62,001 nucleotides of DNA from Yoonia sp. (GTDB lineage Bacteria; Pseudomonadota; Alphaproteobacteria; Rhodobacterales; Rhodobacteraceae), in NCBI RefSeq assembly GCF_036007805.1, contig NZ_DASYOK010000058.1:1-62001 (forward strand), read 5' to 3'. Within the stretch, counting starts at the first letter, position 1, and each line of letters starts with the position of its first letter. Both the position numbers and the translations under genes were made by a program. The notes beneath the pieces were generated by a model, which saw only the letters and a list, made by a program, of their open reading frames with translations, did not search any database and was not told the origin of the DNA. Below are positions 21,309 through 30,273 of this stretch, one piece after another.

Positions 21309-21626
21309 TCATGCTGCATCCTCCGAGGGTCGAACCGTGACGCCAGAACAGCATTCGGACGTCAGAAAACCCACTACGCGATTCATCGCCGGAAAGTCGA
21401 CGCGGTTGAACACCTCGCGGCCCTGCTTGTCCTGCAGCACCAGACCAGCATCGACGAGCACCGAAAGATGATGCGCCAGCGTCGAAGGTGCGAGGCCCAG
21501 ATGCTCACCGATGTCGCCCACCCGCAGCCCGTCATCGCCAGCCTTCACCAAAAGGCGAAAGATCGACAGGCGGGCATCGTGGCCGAGGGCGGCAAGGGCG
21601 CGAGCATTGGGGCTTGTTGTCGTCAT
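21309..21626 (-). CDS. arsR: ArsR/SmtB repressor with a C-terminal Cys-Cys pair
   Basis: LAALGHDARLSIFRLLV, PSTLAHHL and FLTSECC motifs. Confidence 0.9.
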   Translation of the reverse strand: MTTTSPNARALAALGHDARLSIFRLLVKAGDDGLRVGDIGEHLGLAPSTLAHHLSVLVDAGLVLQDKQGREVFNRVDFPAMNRVVGFLTSECCSGVTVRPSEDAA

Positions 21627-21629
21627 GAC

Positions 21630-21657
21630 ACAAAAATAACTATATTACTAGTTTTGT
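21630..21657. promoter_or_regulatory. AT-rich inverted repeat, probable ArsR operator
   Basis: ACAAAAATAACTATATTACTAGTTTTGT immediately upstream of the arsR ATG. Confidence 0.5.
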
Positions 21658-21769
21658 AAAGTATATTTTTCGGCGGACCTGAAAATGCATGTCGCAGGGA
21701 TGCCCCGCGCTGTTGAATGTCACCGAGAACTGACCCGGTATTGTCACCGAGATTTGACCAGCTCAGTCG

Positions 21770-22382
21770 TTATGCTTTGTTCGTCATGATGTGGTCAATG
21801 CCGGTGTCTCCTTTCGTTTCTGTTTTGCAATCTCGAAGCTGGCTTTGAAGCGATAGCTGTCGTTGCCAGTCTCCAGGATGTGGCAGCGGTGGGTAAGCCG
21901 CCCGAGGTGCTGAACGGCAGGTATCCAAGTTCATCAAGGAACACGAGGTCAGTCTTGACCAGCGTCTCAGCGATTTTTCCAACCTTGCCTATGGATTTTC
22001 CCTGCTCCAACGCATTGACCAACTCGACTGTTGAGAAGAAGCGCACGCGTTTGCGGTGATGTTCGATGGCCTGAACGCCGAAGGCGGTCGCAACATGCGA
22101 TTTCCCAGTGCCGGGCCCGCGGATCAAGACCACGTTCTCAGCTGCGTCCATGAACTCACATCGGTGCAGTTGGCACACGAGGGCTTCGTTGATCTCGCTG
22201 GCAACGAAGTCAAAACCAGAGAGATCCTTGTAAGCCGGGAAGCGCGCCGCCTTCATGTGGTAAGCTATTGAACGCACCTCTCGTTCAGCCATTTCCGCCT
22301 TGAGCAATTTTGAGAGCATCGGGACGGCTGCATCGAATGCAGGTGCCCCCTGTTCGATCAGATCGCCGACAGCTTCCGCCAT
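21770..22382 (-). pseudogene. istB: IstB ATPase fragment (5' truncated, deleted and frameshifted)
   Basis: KAARFP, GPGTGKSH and LDELGYLPF motifs; C-terminus HILETGNDSYRF in another frame. Confidence 0.88.
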
Positions 22383-22399
22383 GCCCGCACAAAGGCTGC

Positions 22400-22702
22400 C
22401 ACGCGTTCATCTGATCCATCAAAACCAAGTTGCACCAGATCCGAATGCATCTGCTTGGCCGTGCGTCGCTCCTTGCGCGACTTTCACTGATCGGTCAGAA
22501 GCCAGCCCGACAGTTTCTCGGCAAATGGATCCAGCTTGCTTGGCTGCGTGGGCGTTCGGAAATTGGGCTCAAAGATGTCAGCCCGCAGGTACTTCCTGAT
22601 GGTGTTGCGAGACAGCCCAGTCCGCCGTGAAATCTCGCGAATGGGCATCTTGTCCCTCAAAGTCCATCGTCGGATTACGCGCAAAAATCACATGTCGATC
22701 AC
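22400..22702 (-). pseudogene. istA: IstA transposase N-terminal fragment
   Basis: IREISRRTGLSRNTIRKYL...SKLDPF; premature stops; no DDE domain. Confidence 0.85.
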
Positions 22703-22782
22703 TTCAATAACCCCCGCCAAATCCCGTCAGGGGCACGGTTGCACATGGGTGGGTTCTCAGTGACATTCAACAGCCGAGGCCC

Positions 22783-23352
22783 TTGGTCAACGCCCGCGTG
22801 GTTCGCAACATTCTGATGGTGGACCGGCTCTTTGCCGCCCTCATCTCAGGCATTCGCTCTGACCTTCCCGGCCAAGTCGTCGCTCAAGTGACCCAAGACA
22901 TCTATGACAGCCGGTCAGGCCGATATCTCCTGCTACTGCAAGGTGCCCAGCTTATCGGCGAATAGGACAATGGCGGCGGCGGCTGACAACGCCGGATCCT
23001 GCTTGTATGGACGCGGATCATCTTGTCCAATGGTGATTGCATCGTCTTGGAGCGGCACCCCGGAGCGGATAGCACAGGTTATTCAGGGCTCGAGGACGGT
23101 ATCGGCAACCATTGGGGAGGTGTATTGAGGGCGGCCGTCCTCTCGACCCTGCGATACATCGGCGCCGAGCCGGTGGCAGACGATGACGACCCTGTCGCCC
23201 GTGCAATCCGCGACGGCGCCCGGGACACAATCGGCGCTGCTGGCCGCAAGATTGTCGGCCGTCAGATAGATGTGCCACCCACCCTGACGATCCGTTCAGG
23301 ATTTCCGGTGCGCGTGATCGGGACCTGCGACCTGATCCTCGATCTGCAATGA
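22783..23352 (+). pseudogene. trbI: trbG'/trbI (VirB9/VirB10) deletion-fusion remnant
   Basis: MVDRLFAA (TrbG C-terminus) joined to LISGIRSDLPGQVVAQVT (TrbI); in-frame TAG; ends PTLTIRSGFPVRVI. Confidence 0.85.
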
Positions 23353-23627
23353 GGCCTCTGATGACGAAATTGAAACTGGGTGCGTTGTCAGACGATGAAC
23401 CGGTGAAGGTGACAGTAGAACTGCCAGCGCCCGTAGATCGCGAACTGATTGCCTATGCAAAGACGCTAGAGCGAGAAACCGGCCAAACCATCCAGGACCC
23501 CGCAAAATTGATTGCACAGATGGTCGATGGCTTCATGGCAACGGGTCGCGGTTTTGCAAAGCTGAGGCGTCCATATTCAGGACCTTGCCGAATACCTGGA
23601 CAAAAGGAGGGCCATCGCTGTGTCTGA
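23349..23627 (+). CDS. DUF2274 family protein (terminal gene of ICE trb clusters)
   Basis: KLKLG.L.DDEPVK.TVELPA...LIA.M...FMAT.RGF; follows trbI as in Tn4371-type ICEs; may be degenerate. Confidence 0.8.
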   Translation: MRPLMTKLKLGALSDDEPVKVTVELPAPVDRELIAYAKTLERETGQTIQDPAKLIAQMVDGFMATGRGFAKLRRPYSGPCRIPGQKEGHRCV

Positions 23628-23963
23628 AGCCAACCCTCTTGGAGGACGCTACAACTGCTGAGTTCCACAATTTATGTACCGCTTGGCGACCCACAGAGTG
23701 GTCTGAAAACCTGCAGAAAACGAAAGACAGACCTGCTGCGTTTCTGTCGAAATTACACGTTCCGCATCATTCTTCAAAACCAGCAACTGGACTGCGCGAC
23801 GTGCTTGAAAGCCTGAGCTGGTTGATCACGAGGTTGTAATAAATTCACTAATCGACAGTATCTCCCATTGTTGTCCGTCCCATGAGACGCCCCGATTTTT
23901 GCGTCAATCACACCATCATCACCCACAACGACATAACTTAATGAATTCATAACGATAAATTAA

Positions 23964-24032
23964 ACGACCTGTCTAATCCATCATAGAGGCAACGGAAAGT
24001 GGCGCTGCCGCAGTGGCTGCGTTGTTGGGCAT
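23964..24032 (-). mobile_element. dusA 5'-end fragment, probable att scar 2
   Basis: MPNNAATAAAPLSVASMMD*TGR, a degenerate RLSVAPMMDWTDR; 44/57 nt identical to 18915-18971. Confidence 0.68.
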
Positions 24033-24184
24033 TCTACGCTTTCCCCGGGCGTGCCCTCTACCGGAGCGGACCCGTTGTGCATAGATTAATCATACAGCGA
24101 CTGGCCTACCGTCGCGACTTGTGCGACGAAAGGCATACGGCGGCGTATGGGCAATGTCAGATGCATACCAGCGTTCAGACCTTT

Positions 24185-24844
24185 CTATCTCGGTAGAGCA
24201 GCACCGTCTCGAGACGCGGCAAGGATCGCGCGGCCAATGCCCATAAGATAGTCCCAATCGTTGATCTCGGCGCTGGCGACCTTGTGCTTCATGTCGATGG
24301 TCAGGAACGAATGACCGTGGACAAAGGACCAAAGCATATACGCGCGGCGCTGAACATCTGGATCGCCGGGAGGCAAGCCAAGGCAAGCGGCAACAGCCTG
24401 CACGACCACGCCAAAGCAGCCTTCACCCTTGGCCAACAGGTCAGGGGCGTTCTCGTGCCCTTCCGTCAGACCAAAGACCAGCCGGAATACCCCCGGTTCT
24501 GTCTTGGCGAAAGCGACATAGGCCAGCCCGACTGCCGCAACGGCTTCGAGCGAACCATATGGATGATGTGCGGCACCCTCTTCCATGGCAGCGCGCAAAC
24601 GATCCATGGCTTCACTGACGACGCCGCGCAAAATCTCGTGCCGATCCTTGAAGTGCTTGTAGGGCGCGGCGGAACTGACACCTGCGCGGCGTGCGGCCTC
24701 TGCGACGGAAAAACCATCTGGGCCGTGCGTCTCGACCAGTTCCCGCACAGCCGCGATCAGTTGGGCGCGCAGGTCACCGTGATGATAGGCGGCTTTGGGC
24801 GTCACGGCTGCCGTGGCCAGTGGTGCGGACGGATCGTTCGACAT
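24185..24844 (-). CDS. TetR-family regulator (WHG-type C-domain)
   Basis: YHHGDLR, AARRAGVS.AAPYKHF and WSFVHG motifs; divergent from the RND operon. Confidence 0.93.
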   Translation of the reverse strand: MSNDPSAPLATAAVTPKAAYHHGDLRAQLIAAVRELVETHGPDGFSVAEAARRAGVSSAAPYKHFKDRHEILRGVVSEAMDRLRAAMEEGAAHHPYGSLEAVAAVGLAYVAFAKTEPGVFRLVFGLTEGHENAPDLLAKGEGCFGVVVQAVAACLGLPPGDPDVQRRAYMLWSFVHGHSFLTIDMKHKVASAEINDWDYLMGIGRAILAASRDGAALPR

Positions 24845-24863
24845 AATGATTGGGCCTTCCGGT

Positions 24864-24884
24864 AAAGTGAATGACGTTCACTTT
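24864..24884. promoter_or_regulatory. Probable TetR operator AAAGTGAA-N5-TTCACTTT
   Basis: Perfect 8-bp inverted repeat in the tetR/MFP intergenic region; related half-sites near 24955-24993. Confidence 0.6.
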
Positions 24885-25010
24885 TTGCGTGACGGAAGTT
24901 GGCACCTCTCACCTGTTTTTACAAGTGCAGGCTCCACACGAATGCCACTTGCCAAAGTGAGTGCTTATAACATATGTAAGAGCATCTAACTTTATCGGAG
25001 CATTCCATCG

Positions 25011-26156
25011 ATGACGCAAGCTGCAACATCAGGTTTTCGAAAGGCACTTAATCGGGTTCTGACCGTGACGGTGACGCTTCTGGTCTGCGGCGCTGCCACC
25101 GCAGCCGTTATCGGAGGTTTTTCCCTGATCACAGCGGAGGGCGATACCGCCCTCGGTATCGCGGCCCCACGGACTTCGGTCGGTGTCATATCGGTTGAAC
25201 TGACCTCGGGCTATACCGTCACCCGCCGGTTCACCGGCCAGGTGGAGGCTGCGGCGCGGACCGATCTGGGGTTCGAACTTGGCGGACGCATCACTGAAGT
25301 ACTGGTAGAAGAAGGTGATGTCATCGCCGCGGGTACTGTCATGGCGCGGCTGGACACCAGCGCCCTGATCCCGGAACGTGCAGCGCTGGAGGCGGAACTT
25401 GCAGCCTTCGCTGCTGATGCCGAGCTGGCCCGCTTGACACTGGCGCGAAGCGACGCGCTAACCGAACGAGGCTTTCGGTCGGTCGCAGCGCAAGACAATG
25501 CGCGGCTGACGCTGGCGCGCGCCGAGGCAGGGATGGCGGCCGTCCGCGCACGTATTGCGGGCGTTGACGTGCGGTTGGAAAAATCCGTGCTGACGGCACC
25601 CTATCCCGCCCGCATCGGCGCGCGGATGGCCGATCCCGGACAGACGGTTGCCGCGGGCCAGACCGTTTTGGTCCTGTTTGACACAGAGCCCGCCCGCGCC
25701 CGGGTTGGTCTACCACCGGAATTGGCCGCTGGGCTGGCGCTGGGGGACACTGTCACCCTCGCGTTAGGCGGCGCGGAACTGGCAGCCACACTCCGTCAGA
25801 TCCGACCAGATCTTGACCCTAACACGCGCAGCCGGTCGGTCGTGGTGACTTTGCCCGAGGGTGCCGCACCCGTGCTGGGTGACACGGTCGCGCTGCTGCT
25901 CACACAGCCGGTTGATGACCCGGGGTTTTGGGCCCCGCTCAGCGCTCTGCGCGAAGGGGTGCGCGGATCGTGGTCGGTGATGGCGGTTGAGGCCACGGCC
26001 GCGGGCGACCGCACCCTGCCGGCAGCGGTCGAGGTCATCCACAGCGACGGCAATCGTGTGTTCCTGCGCGGCGACCTGCCCCCCGGCGCGCGAATTGTGG
26101 CCGAAGCGCCCGACCGCGTCGCACCCGGCCAGCTTGTGCTGGAACAGGTGCAGTGA
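25011..26156 (+). CDS. RND efflux periplasmic adaptor (MFP)
   Basis: N-terminal TM; LGFELGGRI..V.VEEGD lipoyl half; coiled coil; L.APY. Confidence 0.92.
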   Translation: MTQAATSGFRKALNRVLTVTVTLLVCGAATAAVIGGFSLITAEGDTALGIAAPRTSVGVISVELTSGYTVTRRFTGQVEAAARTDLGFELGGRITEVLVEEGDVIAAGTVMARLDTSALIPERAALEAELAAFAADAELARLTLARSDALTERGFRSVAAQDNARLTLARAEAGMAAVRARIAGVDVRLEKSVLTAPYPARIGARMADPGQTVAAGQTVLVLFDTEPARARVGLPPELAAGLALGDTVTLALGGAELAATLRQIRPDLDPNTRSRSVVVTLPEGAAPVLGDTVALLLTQPVDDPGFWAPLSALREGVRGSWSVMAVEATAAGDRTLPAAVEVIHSDGNRVFLRGDLPPGARIVAEAPDRVAPGQLVLEQVQ

Positions 26157-29100
26157 CGCAAATGGATACGCTGTTCTTCCGTCAACCACGCCTCGTGATA
26201 CTGGCGCTACTGGTGATCCTGTCGGCGGGGATGTCGGCGCTAGTCTCAATCGGGCGGCAGGAAGACCCTACGATCACCAATATCTTCGCGACGATCACCA
26301 CGGTATTCCCCGGCGCGGACCCCGCGCGCGTCGAGGCGCTGGTGACCGCCAAGATCGAGACTGAACTTCGTACAATCCCGGAGATTGCCGAGGTGTCATC
26401 GACATCCGCAACCGGCATCTCGGTCATCTCCGTCGAACTGATCGAGACGGTACCCCCCGAGACCATCGAGCAGCTTTGGGCGCAGGTGCGCGATGCGGTG
26501 ACCGATGCGCAGCGGGAGTTTCCTGCGGGCGTGCAACCGCCCGATTTCGACAGTGATGGCGCGGGCGGCTACGCGGCAATCTTTGCCCTGACCATGCCCG
26601 AGGGCTTTAGCCCGACCCGTGCCGCCCGCGAGGCCGAGGCGCTGGCCGACCGGCTGCGCCGCGTGCCGGGCACCAGTCTGGTCGACCTGCACGGATTGCC
26701 CGAGGAAGAGGTGCTGGTCACGCTTGACCCGGACCGCACCGCCGCGCTTGGTCTGACCGCCGACGAGGTTTCCGCGGCCATCCGCGCCGCCGACGCCAAG
26801 GTGCAGGCGGGCCGGTTGCGCGGCGAGGAGACCGACCTGGTTCTGGGCATCGCAGGCGAGATCACCTCGCTTGACCGGCTGCGCGCGGTGGTGTTGCGCG
26901 AGGATACGGATGGCCGCGTGACGCTCTTGGGCGATATGGCCCAGATCACCCGCGGCCCGCGTTTGCCACTGGCCGAGGCCGCGTTGTATCAGGGGCAACC
27001 CGCGATCCTTGTCTCGGCCAAGCTGGGCGAAGGTTTGCAGGTCGATCGCTGGATGACTGGCATCCGCGCAGCCACCCTCGCGCAGGCCGAGGCCCTGCCC
27101 TGGAGCCTGTCGATCGAGACCGTGTTCGACCAGAGCCGCTACACCACCGCGCGGCTGACCGAAGTGGGGCTGAACATGTCCCTGGGGGTCGCGCTGGTCG
27201 TGGCGGTTCTGTTCATCACCCTCGGCTGGCGATCGGCGCTGATCGTGGCAATGGTGCTGCCGGTTGTCACCCTCGCCTCCGTCGCCACACTGAACGCGCT
27301 GGCCGTGCCGATCCACCAGATGAGCGTGACCGGCCTGATCGTGGCGCTTGGCCTCTTGGTTGACGCGGCCATCGTGATGACGGACGAGGTAGGCAAGCGA
27401 CTTTGCGCGGGTCTCACGCGCCTCAATGCGGTTGCGGGGGCGGTGCGGCGGCTGACGATGCCGCTTGCAGCCGCGACCGTTACCACGATCCTGTCCTTCC
27501 TGCCGCTTCTGCTGCTCCCGGGCCCGGCGGGGGATTTCGTCGGCTCCATCGCGATTTCCGTGATCGTGATGCTGTCTTGGTCCTTTATTGTGGCGGTCAC
27601 GATCACCCCTGCCATCGCCGGGCACTGGCTGCGCATGGGCGATGGCCAGCCCAAACGTGACGGCCTGCTGATGCGCGGCTTTCGCGCGGTGCTGGCGTGG
27701 TCGATGGCCAACCCCTTGCGCACCGTGGCGCTGTCGCTGGTCCTGCCGGTGATCGGCTTTCTGTCGCTTCCGACCCTGACGCCGCAGTTCTTTCCGGGCG
27801 TGGACCGTGACCAGTTCCATATCGAAGTGGAGCTGCCCCCCGGCACCGGCATTGCAGAGACCATGCGCGTGGTGCGCGAAATCGACGCGAGGCTGACTTC
27901 CGAGGCGGATATCCTCAACGTCGCTTGGGTTGTGGGCCGTTCGGCGCCTGCCTTCTATTACAACATGGTAGGCGGCCGCGATCAGGCACCGGCTTTCGCA
28001 CAGGCGTTGATCCGCACAGCATCGCCTGCCGCGACCGAGCAACTGCTGATCAACTTGCAAGCCCATCTGCCGCCCGCATTCCTGCAAGCGCGCTTTGTCA
28101 TCCGCAGCCTGACCCAGGGCCCGCCCGTCAATGCGCCGGTGGAGCTGCGCCTTGTGGGTCAGGACATCGACGCGTTGCGCCGCGCGGGCGACGATTTGCG
28201 CGGGCGGCTGGCGCAGGTGTCCACGGTGGCCATGGTGCGCACCGGGATCGCGGGCGGCTCGCCCAAGCTGACGCTGGAAGTCGACGAGGCGCGGGCGCGT
28301 CTTTTGGGCCTAGATCTGGGCCAGGTCGCCCGGCAGATGGAGGCAGGTCTGGAAGGCGTCACCGGCGGGTCGCTGCTGGAAGGGACCGAGGAACTGCCGG
28401 TGCGCGTGCGCCTGGGCGCGGGGCTGCGCGGCGATCCGATCGCCATCGGCGACATGCCGATCCTGCCACCGCGTTCGGCGCAGGTCGCGGGTGCAGGCAA
28501 GTTCCCCGCAGTGCCGCTGTCCACGCTGGGCGCGCTGCGGCTGGAGCCATCGGAAAGCACGATCACCCGGCGCAATGGCGAGCGGGTGAATACCGTGCAG
28601 GCCTTCCTGATGCCCGGCATTCTGCCCGCTGTGGCGCTCGCCGAGGCCATGGCGGTTCTTGAGGCAGATGGCTACGCTCCGCCGCAAGGCATCCGGCTCG
28701 AGACCGGGGGCGACTCTGATGCGCGCAACAGCACGGTCGATGCGTTGATCGCCCCCTTGGGCCTGATCATCACCCTGTCGATTGCCGTCGTGGTGATGAC
28801 TTTCAATTCCTTCCGCCTGACGCTGATTGCCTTCACGGTTGCGGGATTGTCGGCGGGGCTCTCGATGCTGGCGCTGGCGATCTTTGACTATCCGTTCGGG
28901 ATCAATGCGATCATCGGTGTTATCGGGTCCGTCGGGGTGTCGATCAACGCCGCCCTGATCGTGCTGTCAGGCTTGCGGGAAGACCCGCGCGCCAGCGCAG
29001 GCGACCGCGCAGCGATGGTCGATGTGGTAGCAGGATCGGCGCGGCATATCACTTCGACCACAATCACCACCTTTGGCGGCTTCCTGCCGCTGATCCTCGG

Positions 29101-29284
29101 CGGCGGTGGCTTCTGGCCGCCTTTTGCGATGTCGGTTGCGGGCGGTGTCGCACTGTCGGTGACGCTGGCCTTCGCTTTCACGCCGCAGATGTTCGCAATG
29201 ACCCTGCCCTCGCAAGTGCGCAAAGCAGGCCGCGATACCACCCACCAATCCAATGAACCCTCGCTCCGCCTTGCAGGTGCATGA
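26153..29284 (+). CDS. RND efflux permease (AcrB/D/F family)
   Basis: 1043 aa; EDP, T.FPGA, ALGLLVDAAIV and FWPPFA motifs. Confidence 0.93.
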   Translation: MTQMDTLFFRQPRLVILALLVILSAGMSALVSIGRQEDPTITNIFATITTVFPGADPARVEALVTAKIETELRTIPEIAEVSSTSATGISVISVELIETVPPETIEQLWAQVRDAVTDAQREFPAGVQPPDFDSDGAGGYAAIFALTMPEGFSPTRAAREAEALADRLRRVPGTSLVDLHGLPEEEVLVTLDPDRTAALGLTADEVSAAIRAADAKVQAGRLRGEETDLVLGIAGEITSLDRLRAVVLREDTDGRVTLLGDMAQITRGPRLPLAEAALYQGQPAILVSAKLGEGLQVDRWMTGIRAATLAQAEALPWSLSIETVFDQSRYTTARLTEVGLNMSLGVALVVAVLFITLGWRSALIVAMVLPVVTLASVATLNALAVPIHQMSVTGLIVALGLLVDAAIVMTDEVGKRLCAGLTRLNAVAGAVRRLTMPLAAATVTTILSFLPLLLLPGPAGDFVGSIAISVIVMLSWSFIVAVTITPAIAGHWLRMGDGQPKRDGLLMRGFRAVLAWSMANPLRTVALSLVLPVIGFLSLPTLTPQFFPGVDRDQFHIEVELPPGTGIAETMRVVREIDARLTSEADILNVAWVVGRSAPAFYYNMVGGRDQAPAFAQALIRTASPAATEQLLINLQAHLPPAFLQARFVIRSLTQGPPVNAPVELRLVGQDIDALRRAGDDLRGRLAQVSTVAMVRTGIAGGSPKLTLEVDEARARLLGLDLGQVARQMEAGLEGVTGGSLLEGTEELPVRVRLGAGLRGDPIAIGDMPILPPRSAQVAGAGKFPAVPLSTLGALRLEPSESTITRRNGERVNTVQAFLMPGILPAVALAEAMAVLEADGYAPPQGIRLETGGDSDARNSTVDALIAPLGLIITLSIAVVVMTFNSFRLTLIAFTVAGLSAGLSMLALAIFDYPFGINAIIGVIGSVGVSINAALIVLSGLREDPRASAGDRAAMVDVVAGSARHITSTTITTFGGFLPLILGGGGFWPPFAMSVAGGVALSVTLAFAFTPQMFAMTLPSQVRKAGRDTTHQSNEPSLRLAGA

Positions 29285-29326
29285 CACCACCGCCACAGAC
29301 CTCAACCCACCCGGAAAGCGCGCCCC

Positions 29327-30169
29327 ATGACGAATACTCCAAACTACCAAAGCGCCCTGATGCGCCGTTTCGGCCCCGCCGCCCTGATCACGGGGGCCAG
29401 CGACGGCATCGGTCGCGCCTTTGCCGTCCAACTGGCGGAACACGGCTTCGATCTGATCCTCGTCGCACGGCGTGGGGATGTCTTGCAGGACATGGCATTG
29501 GACCTGGGCACCCGTTTCCGCGTGGAGGTGCGCGTGCTGGCGATGGACCTGTCCGATCCTGCGGCCGTGCCGGACCTTCTATCGCTCACGAAAAACACGC
29601 CCGTGGGCCTTGTCGTGGCCGCTGCAGGCTTTGGCTCCATCGGGCCTTTCCTTAATCAGGACGTGGCCTCTGAGACCAACATGGTTGACCTGAACTGCCG
29701 GTCTGTTGTCGCACTGTCCTACGGTTTCGGTCACCGCATGGCCGCGCGAAGGCGCGGTGGGATCGTGCTCTTCAGCTCGCTCGTGGGGTTCAATGGCGCC
29801 CCCCTGTCGGCTACCTATGCGGCAACGAAAGGCTTCGTGCAGAGTTTCGCGGAAGGCATCGCGGCCGAGATGCGTACCCATGGCGTGAACGTCCTGTCGG
29901 TCGCGCCCGGCCCCGTCGGCACCGGCTTTGCCGCCCGTGCGGGGATGCATATGGGTAAGGCCGCAACACCTGAATTGGTCGCGCGCAGCGCGCTTGCAGC
30001 TCTGGGGCGCCGGACCACGGTCAGGCCCGGATTCCTGGCCAAGTTCCTCGGCTGGTCGCTCACCATGCTGCCCCGCTGGGGCCGCGTGTTGGTGATGGGC
30101 GGCATCATGAAGGGCATGATCGGCAAGGACACCTCTGGCGAAACGGCACAGGACCCCAGAAGGTTTTGA
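29327..30169 (+). CDS. Short-chain dehydrogenase/reductase
   Basis: TGASDGIG and YAATK motifs. Confidence 0.93.
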   Translation: MTNTPNYQSALMRRFGPAALITGASDGIGRAFAVQLAEHGFDLILVARRGDVLQDMALDLGTRFRVEVRVLAMDLSDPAAVPDLLSLTKNTPVGLVVAAAGFGSIGPFLNQDVASETNMVDLNCRSVVALSYGFGHRMAARRRGGIVLFSSLVGFNGAPLSATYAATKGFVQSFAEGIAAEMRTHGVNVLSVAPGPVGTGFAARAGMHMGKAATPELVARSALAALGRRTTVRPGFLAKFLGWSLTMLPRWGRVLVMGGIMKGMIGKDTSGETAQDPRRF

Positions 30170-30273
30170 CATTTCTGACTGATTTTATCAGAAGTACGGT
30201 ATGCTTGTATGACACGCTTCATCTTACAGGCCGCTGATCTTTTTCGTAAAGAAGGGTTAAAAAGCTCAAGGAC

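Larger units (their letters stand above)
21711..22772 (-). mobile_element. IS21-family element, internally deleted, with both terminal inverted repeats
   Basis: Ends TGTTGAATGTCACCGAGAAC and GTTCTCAGTGACATTCAACA; internal repeat GTCACCGAGA; istA and istB fragments inside; no clear target duplication. Confidence 0.9.

Noticed and set aside
26396-28087. 563-aa minus-strand ORF, and similar long antisense ORFs at 20460-21659, 34275-35483 and 55372-56298
   Set aside because: Shadow frames of well-supported genes in GC-rich DNA; no motifs
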